From Malacoraja senta (taxonomy: Eukaryota), in the NCBI GenBank assembly GCA_038087875.1, contig CM075989.1, positions 4,216,001 through 4,280,000 of the forward strand: DNA of 64,000 nucleotides. Direction: 5' to 3'. The notes below the pieces were generated by a model. The model did no database searches. It had not been told where the DNA came from and saw nothing but the letters and a program-made list of their open reading frames with translations. Positions 12,815 to 25,384 of the stretch are shown here, piece after piece. Positions within the stretch are counted from its first letter, which is position 1; each line of letters opens with the position of its first letter. Position numbers and translations under genes: made by a program.

Positions 12815-12947
12815 AAATCAGCAGAAATCGATTCATATTTTTAAAAGAATTTATTTCTGGTGCGATGGACAAATTAAACAAAGAAATGGAAAAAAGCTAA
12901 TGAACGTCATTCCTGACTGCAAGAGTTCCCAGCGCAAACAGGGATGA
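12815..12947. repeat. Copy A of a ~130-bp locally duplicated non-TE element
   Basis: About 85% identical by hand alignment to 14291-14420. Confidence 0.85.
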
Positions 12948-14290
12948 CGGAGCGATGATCCGTGTTCCAAGGTTGTAAACATCGACCTTGATCACACGGA
13001 GATTATCAGAGAAAGAAAGAAAGAGAGAGAGAGAGAGAGGGAGAAATATAAGCAATGAAACAACTGCTTCTAATGAACAGAATCCTGACAAGCTGCTGTA
13101 CATTAACATAATTACATGGAGGGAGAGCTTGAAGCCGCTGGAGAACAGATTGTGCACAAACAATTAAAATAACAGCAGCCTCTTTGTCACCCATTACTTG
13201 ATAAATATGATTTTTTTTCAAATCTGAAATTATTTTAAAATTAAATGTTCAAAATGTGAAAAAAATAAATTAAATCTAACCATTTTTAACTATCAATCAT
13301 TTCCTTTTTATTGTCTACATTTGGTCCTTTAACCAAAATAAATGTTAGTGGTGGTATCAGACAGAAATATTGTACAAAGAAGCATGGTTTAAAATATCTT
13401 TAAAGTAAAGAATCTAAAGTAAAGATTAAACATATTCCCCAAACTCCATTTTACTCCAGATTAAAACGAGAAGGATATTTGCAAAAGGAAGTAAATGTGG
13501 TTTGTTTTTAGACAGTATGGGCGTTGTAATTCAACACATATGCCTTTTTGGAAATAAATATATATATTTTAAAATCCTTTTTTGCCCACCTAAATCGACT
13601 GTGCATGTCGCTGGAATGTAATGAGAGGCCCAGAGATGAAGATATATAGGTTTGCATTTTGTTGTTGTTTAAGGCCTGAGTTTTTGCTTCCTGTAGTTTG
13701 GGTACCAGGGCTGTGAAACCCACCTTCCCTTCCGAATCCCTGTAATCATTAGGAATAATTCTTCTTAATTGCCTGCTCTTACTGTTAGTTCCCAGGCAGA
13801 TGATGATTCTGCTGACTCTGCTCTTCACAGTCTGTTCTAACTATTATGCAAATGTGGCAAGGTTTTCCTTAACACCCCCCCCCCCCCCCCCCCATCTCAT
13901 ACACCAACATTTGATTTTTTTTTAAACAGCTTCAGCAGGTGTGTAGAAAAATAAACCTAAAGATATTTTGCTACGGTAAAAGATCTCCCTATCTGCCTCT
14001 TGTTTCTACATTTAAAGCTGGTTAACTGTGAGGGCTAAAACATTTATCTCACGGTTTAAAATTATGTGGAATATTTTACCAACAAATTACCTCCCCTGTA
14101 TTTCCGTTTGTCCATTATGTGTTCGAGTCTCCCCGGATGTGATAATTCTGCAGGATAAGTATCCACATCTGAGCAACATTCAAATGGATAAGGCACTATT
14201 TTGCAGCTGTATAGTTTAGAAATGGCTTGGAAACCAGGTGTGGCTGTAATCCCCCTGATTCACTGATCCACTTCCATCAGATACCTGCAG

Positions 14291-14420
14291 AAATCAGGAG
14301 AAATTATTCATATTTTGAAAGGAATTAATTTCTGTTGCAATGGACTAATTAAACAAAGAAATAGCTAAAATAATGAACGTTAGTCCTGACAGCAAGGGTT
14401 CCCAGCGCAAACAGGGATGA
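14291..14420. repeat. Copy B of the ~130-bp duplicated element
   Basis: The last 23 nt (GTTCCCAGCGCAAACAGGGATGA) are identical to copy A. Confidence 0.85.
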
Positions 14421-14435
14421 TTAAGATGATGAAGG

Positions 14436-14532
14436 GGCTGAAGAAGGGTCTCGACCCAAAACGTCACCCATTCCTTCTCTCCAGAGATGCTGCCTGTCCT
14501 GCTGAGTTACTCCAGCATTTTGTGTCTATCTA
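14436..14532 (+). mobile_element. Short Penelope-derived terminal-repeat element
   Basis: Closely related to the 3' end (21245-21341) of the Penelope element. Confidence 0.8.
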
Positions 14533-17284
14533 TGGTGAAGTTGATGATCTGTCTGTAACAGATACTTGGTCATTGCATTGTACTTCCTTGACTTTCATAG
14601 CCAAAGCAGTTTCTTTGTAATGGTGGGTTGACTACTGGATAAGGCACATTGTGTGCCAGGGTCTTTTGTTGAATTGCCTCAGTTACGGGCTTTGCAATTA
14701 ACGTTTAACTAAGGTGTACATTTTTTTTAAGCACTTCATTTTTAATCAGCGATGTTCAACACATCTCGACCACATTAAGATGGTGCCATGTGACTGGGGT
14801 AAATTCACCGCTTTCCTTTGTAACATGTCTGGTGTTCCTCACTGTGTGACAGAATGATGAGAACGTATAAATATAGCAAGCGAAAGGAAGCATTCTGAAG
14901 ACGCATTCAAAACACAAAACACGCCTTCAGGTTCATTTGTATAACATCTGTTGAGGAATTTTTTGAGAGGAATTTTCAAAACATTGTCAACGCCTTGTGC
15001 TTTTAAAAAAAATAGGTTAACGAGGTAATCTTTGTACTTGTGATTCCAGAAATAATTTTCAGGAGGGAAGGGGAATGTTGTGAAGCAGCCCAGCTTTGTG
15101 ACACCTATTTATTTCTAATGTCTAACGTTTTGTATATTTTACTGTCTCTCAAAGAATCATTGCACAAAAAAATGGCAAGGAAGAGAGCATATTGTTCTGT
15201 GTTTTTCAGAGATCTGTTTTGATTGAATCTGTTTGTGCCATCTGATATTCTGAGCATTACTGGATGGGTGAAAATTGAGATTAAATTGCAATTAAAATGC
15301 ACAATCAATCTGGCCTAGATGTGTATATCATAATCAAATTTTCTATAGATTGGGCTTTCCACAAAAATATAACAGTACCCCTCATTAAAAGCAAACCGTG
15401 ACAGTGTGCACGTTGTATATAAAACAATGAGAAATAATCCTTTGGTATAAAAAAGGCTGCACATCACATGTTGTTGGGTTTATGTATAACTACAGATGGA
15501 ACTAATCAATAGTTTTGATGCTGGAGCATTTTAGGATATTTGTGAAATATATTACCTTAAAGCTGACTGAAAATTCCTTATTTTGGACTTGCAACTCCAT
15601 TAGGAATTTTGCATTAAATCGAATGAATGCAATGTTGTGGTAATTTGGAACTTGATAAATTTGGTTTCAATTCTGTCTCGTGTTGCGTTAGTATTTATCT
15701 TTGCTAAACCACAATTAAAAGACTGATACCTTCAGGTGAGCTCAATCATATTTGCTCCAGGATTCACAATTTTTTAAAACGAGCTTCAAACGTGGAAGCA
15801 AATCTAAGAAACAAAAAATAATGGTTAAAACAATTTAAAAAAATTAAGAAATAACAAACGGCCCTGTTCACCTGCCACTAAAACAGAACAATATCCCTAT
15901 GATAATTAATTCCCAGTCACTGATTTGAATAATCACTCTATAGAAATTAATTCACGCTGTCATTTGACATTGAGAATACTTCTACTGTAAATATCTCCTA
16001 TTTTTTATGCACTTCATTTGTTGTCTTCTTTTACACTACTTTCAAAATATCCCTGCTCTGTTTGTTTCATGTTGCAAATATTAGAATTTTAAAAAATGCT
16101 TTTAAAATTCTATCTAGTATAATATATTCCGAATTATGATTTTTTCTTATTTCGTGCCAGAGTCATGTTTTGAGAAAAAAAGAAAAAAAAATCTAATTTG
16201 AATCCCTATTTTACAATTGGCCATTTATAACATCGCTCTACTTACAGTGTGATGAGGGGGATGGTGGGACTATATCGGAAATGGGGGGTGTTTGGAATAT
16301 TTCTGTCATTTAATCAGTTTATTATTTAAATATCCTGTAATATTTCACCGTTTCGATGTATCTTTTGCTGAATGATTTAAGGCATCGCACATTTTTGAGG
16401 CAAAGGGAAGAGTGAGCCGGAGATGGGCATCCAGGGTTCGGCACAATGCAATGCCAAGGTTTACTGTTTGTAACACTGCAGGAGTGATTTAACAAAAATC
16501 AAGATGGCTAACAAGGCCGTCACTGAGCGTTGATCTGCATAGTTAACTCTTTCAATGCCGGACTGGATTTCTTTTATAGCTGGTTGCATAGCAACAGATT
16601 AATGCTCACCTAGTCAGTGCTGCAGCTGCATTTATGCACTTGGATTAATAATGCGCCAAGATTGTGGTGCTTTATTATTTTCCGTGGGATTGTGAGTGTT
16701 TTCTGGCCTTTTTACATTGCTACGGTATTTCCTGATGGCGTCTGCCATTTCCTCTCAGACTGTCTTCCCTATTCCAATTTCTTCTTCCTCTTAAGAAGGT
16801 GCTCTCTTCTTCCAGTCAGTAATTTACAGATGGCGGTTGCTCCTTCACATCCTCCGATTTGTCCAGACACTCATCCCCGACAAATCATCTACTCTTGGAG
16901 CCCAGTCCGATGATCTCTTCAGCCTCCGCAACTGTTGGTGGGTTGTTATCTGGTTAAAGATGTCTTGCATTTATATCGCACCTTTCATGATTACTGGACA
17001 TTCCGTTGACCATTAAAACATTTCTGAAGTCCAGTTATTGGTGTCGTATAGGAAAGCAAATTGTCTCAGTCTGAAGAGGGTTCTCAACCTGAAACGTCAT
17101 CTATTCCTCATCACCGTAGATGCTGCCTGACCCGCTGAGTTACTCCAGCATTTTGTGTCTGGGGAGAGAAAGACTACTATCAGTCTGAAGAAGGGTCCTG
17201 ACCCAAAACATCATTATCTGACTTGCTGAGTTCCTCTGACACTTTGTGTTTTGGTCAAGATTCCATCATCTGCTTTTCCTTCTA

Positions 17285-17600
17285 TCTCCCTCCACACCTT
17301 TTCTATCTATGTACCTGTCCAAATGTCTTTTAAATATTGTTATTATACTTGCCTCAACTACCAACTCTGGCAGCCTGTTCCATATACACCACCTCTGTGT
17401 GAAAATGTTGACCCTTAGGTTCCTATCTTTCCCCTCTCACCTTAAACCCATGTCTTGATTCCCCGACCCTAAGAAAAAAAGTGTGCATTCACCCTATCTA
17501 TTCCTCCCATGATTTTACACACCTCTTTCAGATCAACGCACAGCCTCCCGAGCTCCAAGGAATAATGTCCTACCCTGTCCAACCTCTCCCTATAATTTGG
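17285..17600 (-). mobile_element. CR1-type 3' fragment
   Basis: 'tgtacctgtccaaatgtcttttaaa..ctggcagc..ttccatata'. Confidence 0.75.
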
Positions 17601-18214
17601 GCAATTGAGCAATAAAAACATTCCTGCCAGTTACTTCAAAAAGCGAACTCCATGGGATATTAGAAATTCAAAGTTACTCAAGATTTACCTGAAAATAACA
17701 CTGATTTTTTCCAAATGTTGAGAACAGTTGAAATGGCCCAAATTTCAAATTCTGTTTTATAAGTTTACAGTATTTTGTTTACCTTTTTAATTATAAAAAA
17801 AACTGATGGGGGAATCTCCCCAGCACCATTCGCAGCTCACCCACTTTCCTGAGTCGTCTGAGATTCATTAGGGTGTTCCTGCACATTACCCAGAAAGTGT
17901 AGAGTGAAGCCAGGTGCTCTAGTTGCAGGGGTCTCTGGCCCCTGTCCCCAGCCAGAATCCATTTATGTCAGGGTTATTGTGTAATTAACAGGAGTTTAAA
18001 TCCTCACAGAGGTGCAGCCTGTCATTACCATGCTCATTGCCCGCTGAGAGAGATGAGGGTGATGGGGAGATGTCTACTGAGCCATCTTTGGAAGCTCAGC
18101 CAAAAGGTTTAGCAAAGGAAGATATACACTAAATGCTGGAGTTACTCAGCATGTCAGGTAGCATCTCTGGAGAAAAGGAATAGGTGATGTTTCAGGGTAA
18201 GACTCGTCTTCATC

Positions 18215-18500
18215 CTTTAGTAAAGGGAGGTTGGGGTGGTACCTAGAGAGAGGTTTCCAGGACTGGATACCTGAAGACATAAAGAGACACAGTGCAAGGT
18301 CTAAAGTCAAAATTATTTGATGGGGGTAGGGGTGAGGGTGTGGGGTAGCTGTTTTTGGTCCATCAGTAAAATAGTGAAAGATGTTAAACATAAGGATGAG
18401 AATTTTAAATTCATAAATCTGACAAGTTGGGACTATGTGTGAGCAGGACGAGCTAGAGGCAGTAGAGTTCAAGGTGAGCTGAATGTTATGGAGGGTGAAG
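18215..18500 (-). mobile_element. Ancient L2-like LINE fragment
   Basis: Peptide VPTCQIYEFKILILMFNIFH resembles the L2 C-terminal LPV..RIDFKILLLVFK.LHG. Confidence 0.5.
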
Positions 18501-18754
18501 AATTGGTCAGATAAGAATGGAATCTGGAGACAGCAAACTCATGGATTTGACTTTCTGACAGGGTAGGAAGGGAGGCCAGTAATGTAATGACATGAGATTA
18601 GAGAGTCTTTGTAATGGAAAGGGTGTTTGAGGCTGGGCTAATACATTCATGCAGCCTGGATTGTGAGTCTTCACAGCTGCATAATATTTCAAGGCAACTA
18701 TTGGCTGCAGAATGATTTCCTAGATGCAGGTACTATTGCAAAGTTCAATCAAGT

Positions 18755-19313
18755 ACTATCACAATGTTTAAGAAACATTTAGACAGGTACATGGTTTTAG
18801 CTGCCAAGGGGATGAGGGGCTACGGGGAGAGGGCAGGGATATGGACCTAGGTAGGGTTAGTATAGTAAGACCTGAGTGATCTCCTGGACAAGTGTCGATC
18901 GCCTGGATTGGGGTCGGAGAGGAATTTCCCAGATTTTTTTCCCGAATTGGACCTGGGTTTTTATCCGTTTTTTTGCCTCCCCCAGGAGATCACGCGGTTC
19001 TTGGCGTGGAGAGGGGTGATAGCGGTATAAAGGGGAGGGTAGTGTCTTGTGTTCTGTGTCTTGTGTCTACTGTTTGTGGGTAGGGGTGTTTGTTTGGTGT
19101 TCAGCCATGAGCGAATGGCGGTGCGGGCTCGATGGACCTGGTGGTCTGCTCTCGCACCTACTTTCTATGATTCTATGATTCTACATGGATAGGATAGGTT
19201 TAGAGGGATATGGGCCAAACGCAGGCAGGTGGGACTAGTGCAGATGGGGCATGTTGGTTGGTGTGGGCAAGTTGGGCCGACAGGCCTGTTTCCATGCTGT
19301 ATGACTATGATTC
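18755..19313 (+). mobile_element. CR1 3' fragment with a second CR1-family 3' end (18795-19181) nested in it
   Basis: TACATGG direct repeats at 18788-18794 and 19182-19188. The insert ends in (TTCTATGA)n. Confidence 0.75.
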
Positions 19314-19494
19314 TAGTGATACTAACTTTATGATTATGCTGGAAGATGCATAACAAGTGGGAACTAGTTATTGAAGTGGAATTTTTCTTGCATTGCAAAT
19401 CTGTATGGCAAAAAATATTTTTGTAAAGAGACTGGTTTAGAGAAAAATGTGTATAAAATTCAGTTATCATTCAAGTGATGAATATTATTATCAG

Positions 19495-19624
19495 TCCAAA
19501 GTAGGGTCTAGACCCGAAACGTCATCTATTCCTTCGTTCCATAGATGCTGCCTCACCCGCTGAGTTTCTCCAGCATTTTAGTCTACCTTCGATTTTTCCA
19601 GCATCTGCAGTTCTTTCTTAAACA
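19495..19624 (+). mobile_element. Penelope terminal-repeat copy upstream of the RT-bearing element
   Basis: Near-identical to 21245-21341 and extends further 3'. Confidence 0.8.
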
Positions 19625-19643
19625 ATAGATATTATTAATGCAG

Positions 19644-21341
19644 ACCCATTGTTTCAGACCCATACCTCGACTCCATCGTATCCCCCCCGTGGTCAAATCC
19701 CTCCCTACCACTGTCCAAGACACCTCACATGCTCTTCGTCTCCTCCATGACTTCCGTTTTCCAGGCCTCCACTCCCTCAACTTCACTGTGGATGTCCAGT
19801 CACTCTACACCTCCATCCCCCACCAGGAGGGTCTTAAAGCCCTCCGTTTCTTCCTCGACCGCAGAACCAACCAATCCTCGTCTACTAATACTCTCCCCGC
19901 CTAGGCTGGTCCTTAGCCTCAACAACTTTTCCTTTGACTCCTCCCATTTCCTCCAAATCCAAGGCATAGCTATGGGCACGTGCATGGGCCCCAGCTATGC
20001 CTGCCTCTTTGTTGGGTACGTCGAACAATCCTTGTTCGAGGCGTACCGTGGCCCTATCCCCGAACTCTACCTCCTCTACATTGACGACTGCATTGGTGCC
20101 ACCTCCTGCACCCATGCAGAACTCACTGACTTCATCCATTTCACCACTAACTTCCATCTGGCATTCCAATTCACCTGGACCATTTCCAACATCTCCCTAC
20201 CATTTCTAGACCTCACTTTCTCCATCGCAGGTAACAGACTACTGACCGACATCTACTACAAACCCACTGACTCTCATGGCGATCTGGACAATACTTCTTC
20301 CCACCCTGCTTCCTGTAAGGACTCTATCCCCTACTCCCAATTCCTCCGTCTATGACGCATCTTTACCCAGGATGAGGTGTTCCAAACCAGGGCATCGGAG
20401 ATGTCCTCATTCTTTAGGGAACGGGGGTTCCCCTCTTTGACTATAGATGAGGCTCTCCCCATGGTCTACTCTATATCCCGCAGCTCCGCTCTCACTCCCC
20501 ATCCCCCCACTCGTAACAAGGACAGAGTCCCCCTTGTCCTCACCTTCCACCCTACCAGCCGTCACATGCAATAGATAATCCTCCGACATTTTCGCCACCT
20601 CCAACGGGATCCCACCACTGGCCACATCTTCCCATCTCCTCCCCTTTCGGCTTTCCGCAGAGACCGCTCTCTCCGTAACTTCTTGGTCAATTCGTCCCTT
20701 CCCACCCAAACCACCCCCTCCCCTGGTACTTTCCCTTGCAACCGCAGGAAATGCTACACTTGTCGCTTTACCTCCCCCCTCGACTCCATCCAAGGACCCA
20801 AGCAGTCTTTCCAGTTGAGGCAGAGGTTCACCTGCACCTCCTCCAACCTCATCTATTACATCCGCTGCTCTAGGTGTCAACTGCTCTACATCGGTGAGAC
20901 CAAGCGCAGGCTTGGTGATCGCTTTGCCCAACACCTCCGCACAGTTCGCACTAACCAACCTGATCTCCCCGTGGCTCAGCACTTCAACTCCCCCTCCCAT
21001 TCCGAATCTGACCTTTCTGTCCTGGGCCTCCTCCATGGCCAGAGTGAGTCCCACCATAAATTGGAGGAGCAGCACCTCATATTTCGCTTGGGTAATTTTC
21101 ACCCATGCGGTAAGAACATTGACCTCCAATTTCAGGTAGTCCTTGCTTTCTCCCTCCTTCCACTCCCCTTCCCAGCTCTCCCACAGCCTACTGTCTCCGC
21201 CTCTTCCTTTCTTCTTCCCGCCACCCCTCCCCCCACCCCCACACCAGTCTGAAGAAGGGTCTTGACCCGAAACGTCACCTATTCCTTCGCTCCATAGATG
21301 CTGCCTCACCCGCTGAGTTTCTCCAGCATTTTTGTCTATCT
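19644..21341 (+). mobile_element. 5'-truncated Penelope-like retroelement (RT + GIY-YIG), disrupted by stops and frameshifts
   Basis: RT motifs DVQSLYTSIP, GIAMGTCMGPSYACLFVG, YIDD and LPFLD. GIY-YIG segment NLIYYIRCSRCQLLYIGETKRRLGDRFAQH. 18-bp flanking direct repeat. Confidence 0.95.
21249..21276 (+). ncRNA. Minimal hammerhead-ribozyme-like motif in the Penelope terminal repeat
   Basis: CUGAAGA-A-GGGU(CUUG)ACCC-GAAA-C-GUC. Helix III is the palindromic ACGU type and helix I is weak. Confidence 0.6.
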
Positions 21342-22570
21342 TAGATATTATTAATGCAGGCTCTGTATCCAATTAGAGGCTGTCAGTTGTGTAGGACTCG
21401 AACTATCACCTTCCTCTGACAGGAACAAAGTATTCGGGAGATTGAGTGACTGGTTAGACGTGTGCTCTGTACAAAATTGAATCCAACAATTCCCCATCAA
21501 ACATCACAGTCGATTTTCTCTTTGTATGATTATGTGAAGTTGATGAATCTTAAGTTTCATTTCAGTAGACTTTAAGGCAAAAATTGGAATGGAATGAGCT
21601 GCCAACTTTTTAATGTTACAGAAGTTGAAAGTAAATGCATAACACTGGGTATGTATTTGTAGAAATAATTTGAAAGGACAACGTATACAATTAAGAAAAA
21701 GAAATGTCAGTTTCTAGTTATTCCTCGTTAGACTGAGCTGCCTCCTTGTTATCTCATTCAGATGTCCAATGTTCATGCACAAGGTTATTTGCTTGTTAGA
21801 GTCTCACAACAGATCAGAACTAAATGTCTGCAGATATCTGTTCTCCAGCAAAACCTTAATCAATGATTAGGGGAAGAATATGTAGGCAGGACCTGCAGAT
21901 GCTGGTTTACATCGAAAATAGACACAAAAAGATGGAGTAACTTAGCCGGTCGGGTAGCATCTCTGGAGAAATGGAATAGGTGACATTTCGGGTCTTCGGA
22001 CTGAGTGTCAGGGAAGAATTGCTCGTTGATTTTATTATTGCTGTGATCTCTCCCACATTTCCCCTTGAAGTTGAAGATTAGAAGGGACAATTGTGCTTTT
22101 GCCAATGTTGCATTCAACAAGACACAAGTTAACTGAGCACTGAAGAAGGATCCCGACCTGAAACGCCACCCATCATTTCCATAGAGATGCTGCATGACCC
22201 GTTGACCTGCCTACCCCAGCACATTGTGACTATCACTGATTATTACACTTGGTCCAATATCTTTGGGTCTTTCAGGTGTAGCTTCTGGCTGAACTCGTCT
22301 GGCCTTTGGTGAGCATCAGAGAGTTGCTAGTTTTTATGTTTCAGGAGGAGGTTGAGAAACTGATATTTTGGCACCTTTTCATTGCCTTTTTGTGTTTCCC
22401 TCTTCCAAACCAAGAAATACATCAATAAAACATCTAACCATCCACAAATCAAACTTTGCATCAAGACATGTGAAAAGAGAGCAAGGCCTGGGACACAAGG
22501 GAAACAATGATTTAATGAACAAGGCCATATTGGTTTGATGTTGACTGTTCTTTGGTCCATATCATTGCAC

Positions 22571-23053
22571 GGCACGGTACGGTGGCACAGCTGTAGAGCA
22601 CCAGAGACCCAGGCCCGATCCTGACTACGGGTGCTGTCTGTATGGAGATTGTACGTTCTCCCCTTGAACTGCGTGGGTTTTCTCCAGGTGCTCCGGTTTC
22701 CTTCCACACTCCAAAGATGTACAGGTTTGTAGGTTAATTAGGTTTTGTAAATTGTCCCCGGTAGGATAGGAGTAGTGTCTGGGTGATTGCTGGTCGACAT
22801 GGGCTCGGTGGGGCAAAGGACCTGCTGTATCTCTAAACAATTCTAAACTAAGATTTGAGGGCAGACAAAAATGCTGGAGAAACTCAGCGGGTGAGGCAGC
22901 ATCTATGGAGTGAAGGAAATAGGCAACGGTTCGGGTCGAAGCCCTTCTTCAGAAGCCCCCAAGACTGCTATTGTACGGGGATCGCTGGTCGGTGTGGACT
23001 TGGTGGGCTGAAGGGCCTATTTCCGCACTGTATCTCTAAACTAAACTAAACTA
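22571..23053 (+). mobile_element. V-SINE (22571-22850), inverted Penelope repeat (about 22862-22953) and SINE 3' fragment
   Basis: Consensus matches. Confidence 0.75.
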
Positions 23054-24125
23054 ATCTGGGGTTGTGCATGTTTTGCAGATTTTATTTAAAACATTATATT
23101 TTCCTATGGAGCATTCCAAGTTCATCGCTTAATGTTAAAGTAAGTAAGCAAGGTGTATCGGGAGAGGGAATTATTAAACTAAACTAAAGAATGCCAGTGA
23201 TAGGATGTTTTCTACATGACTCAGCATAAGCATCCGTTTATCAAGCATCTGGAAGTTGGTTCAAATTTGGGAATAAAGATCACTTTATTTATTTATTAAT
23301 GAAATAAACTGGGATGAAGTCTTTACAGAACTCAGCGAAACTGGGCATAGAATAGTTAATTGATCAGAGCACAGTTGTTCAGCTATAAGGAGCCAGTCAT
23401 TCACTAGTTAACGAGTACCGCTCAGTTAAATCACATATACTGTAAAGTAAAACCATCTTTCCCCTCCTCCCTGTGAGGTATTTGTACTCGGGTTTTGTCC
23501 TAAATTCAATGCTCATTAGAGGAAAAGAAAAGCCCATGTCCATCTCTTTTTGACCATTTGTCTTTCCCATGTAGCCGGGCAATAAAACTGCACCACAGTT
23601 TTTAATAGACAGTGACTCTCCAGTCTCTAAAGCCAGCTTAAATAAATGTTGATCTTTCCCCGTGCAATAAACAGGATAAGAACAAAAAACACAAACAACC
23701 TTTCAAGAGGGGGACCATGCAGCTGTGGCAATTGTGTTAGTAAACAGTTTATTGTGCCCAGATCATTATCCCACCCCTTCCCTTCTCCTCCTTTTCACAA
23801 TGGCTGCATTGTGCCGGGATCCTCATTCGTAGTCTGGAGAGGCAGCTTTGGCATTGTCAAGAGGAGCTGGGAAACTGCTGTGACCACGACTGAGGTCGAA
23901 TACAAACAGATGCCCATCAGTGACAAAGGCACCTAGTGTTGGCACAGACAAGGGCTTCCTTGTTCCTTGGTGAAGCTATCTCGGGGTCGGTCTGTGTGCA
24001 TGCGCCTGTGTTAATTACTTTAGCAATGCAAGTTTGTGTGTGTGTGTACATGTGCATGTGGGACTAATTGAGTCTTTGGCACAGTACCTGAATGTGTGTG
24101 AGTGTCTGTCTGTGTTTGTCTGTGG

Positions 24126-24127
<2 letters not shown>

Positions 24128-24213
<86 letters not shown>
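24128..24213. repeat. (TG)n microsatellite
   Basis: Uninterrupted TG run of about 85 bp. Confidence 0.98.
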
Positions 24214-24214
<1 letters not shown>

Positions 24215-24996
24215 AGTGCGTTCCTTTCTCTCTCTCTCTATGTCCCCCGTCTTCCCAATATGTCTGTTTCTGCGTGTGTGTTCCCTAGCTGTTTGTTCCT
24301 TCACCTCTGCCTTTCCCCTTCCTCTCTCCCTCTGCCCTGAGCTTAAAAAACGTACTGGCGTATTTGGATATTAATCACTCGAGCAAGAAGCATCATAAAC
24401 TTTGTGGAATTTTCACATTTTCCTTTGTAACTTTTAACACTGGGCATTGTTGCATAGTGTATTATCATTTCATGATTTGTGTTGATATTTAAATATGAAA
24501 ACACCATTCACAAAAGGGAGCGTTCTTTGTACACTTCTTTGAAATGCTAAAAATGAAAATTCTATGAAAGTTCCTTTGTGAAATGTAACAGTGTAATTTA
24601 TAAAATAGTCACAGAATGAGGGTCTATGAGCAAACAAGATGGATGTAGAAAGAGAATGTGTGAGAAAGAGGGACCCGATCTCCATTTATTCATTCAGTAA
24701 TAAATTTAAGGGCCTTTCTGAATTTATGGCTTTTTTGATTCCAAATGCAGAAAAGGAACAAAGCAAATTAATTTATTGCAACGACAGCTTAGAGTTAAAA
24801 AAGACTCTCCCACGTCCCATATGGCAGTTTAGAATCAATTCTGCAGCAAATATATTCCAGACAGGTTTCCAAGCCCTGTGTCTGCACTAATCGGCTGCCC
24901 TTTATACCCCGAGTGAGATTCAGATTGGCACAACACCACTGGCATCGATGTATGACCGAGAGATTTTACTTGCCCTCTTCAGTATCTGTTTCATAG

Positions 24997-25384
24997 TAAC
25001 ATAGAAACATAGAAAATAGGTGCTGGAGTAGGCCATTCGGCCCTTCCAGATGAATTCAATATGATCATGGCTGATCTTCCAAAATCAGTACCCCGTCCCT
25101 GCTTTTTCCCCATACCCCTTGATTCTGTTAGCCCTCAGAGCTATACCTAACTCTCTCTTGAAAACATCCAGTGAACTGGCCTCCACTGCCTGCTGTGGCA
25201 GAGAATTCCACAGATTCACAACTCTCTGGGTGAAATTTATTTTCCTCATCTCAGTCCTAAATGGCCTACCACTTTTTCTTAAACTGTGTGACCCCTGGTT
25301 CTGGACTCCCCCAACACGGGGAACATTTTTCCTGCATCCAGCCTGTCCAATCCCTTAAGAATTTTATCTCTTTCTATAAGATCC
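24997..25384 (-). mobile_element. CR1/HER1-type 3' fragment
   Basis: Same 3' end as the copies at 7549 and 51775. Confidence 0.9.

Noticed and set aside
20407..21372. 321-aa minus-strand ORF
   Set aside because: Antisense shadow of the Penelope ORF. The RT and GIY-YIG motifs are on the + strand.
24020..24374. CVCV / THTH ORFs
   Set aside because: Translations of the (TG)n microsatellite.
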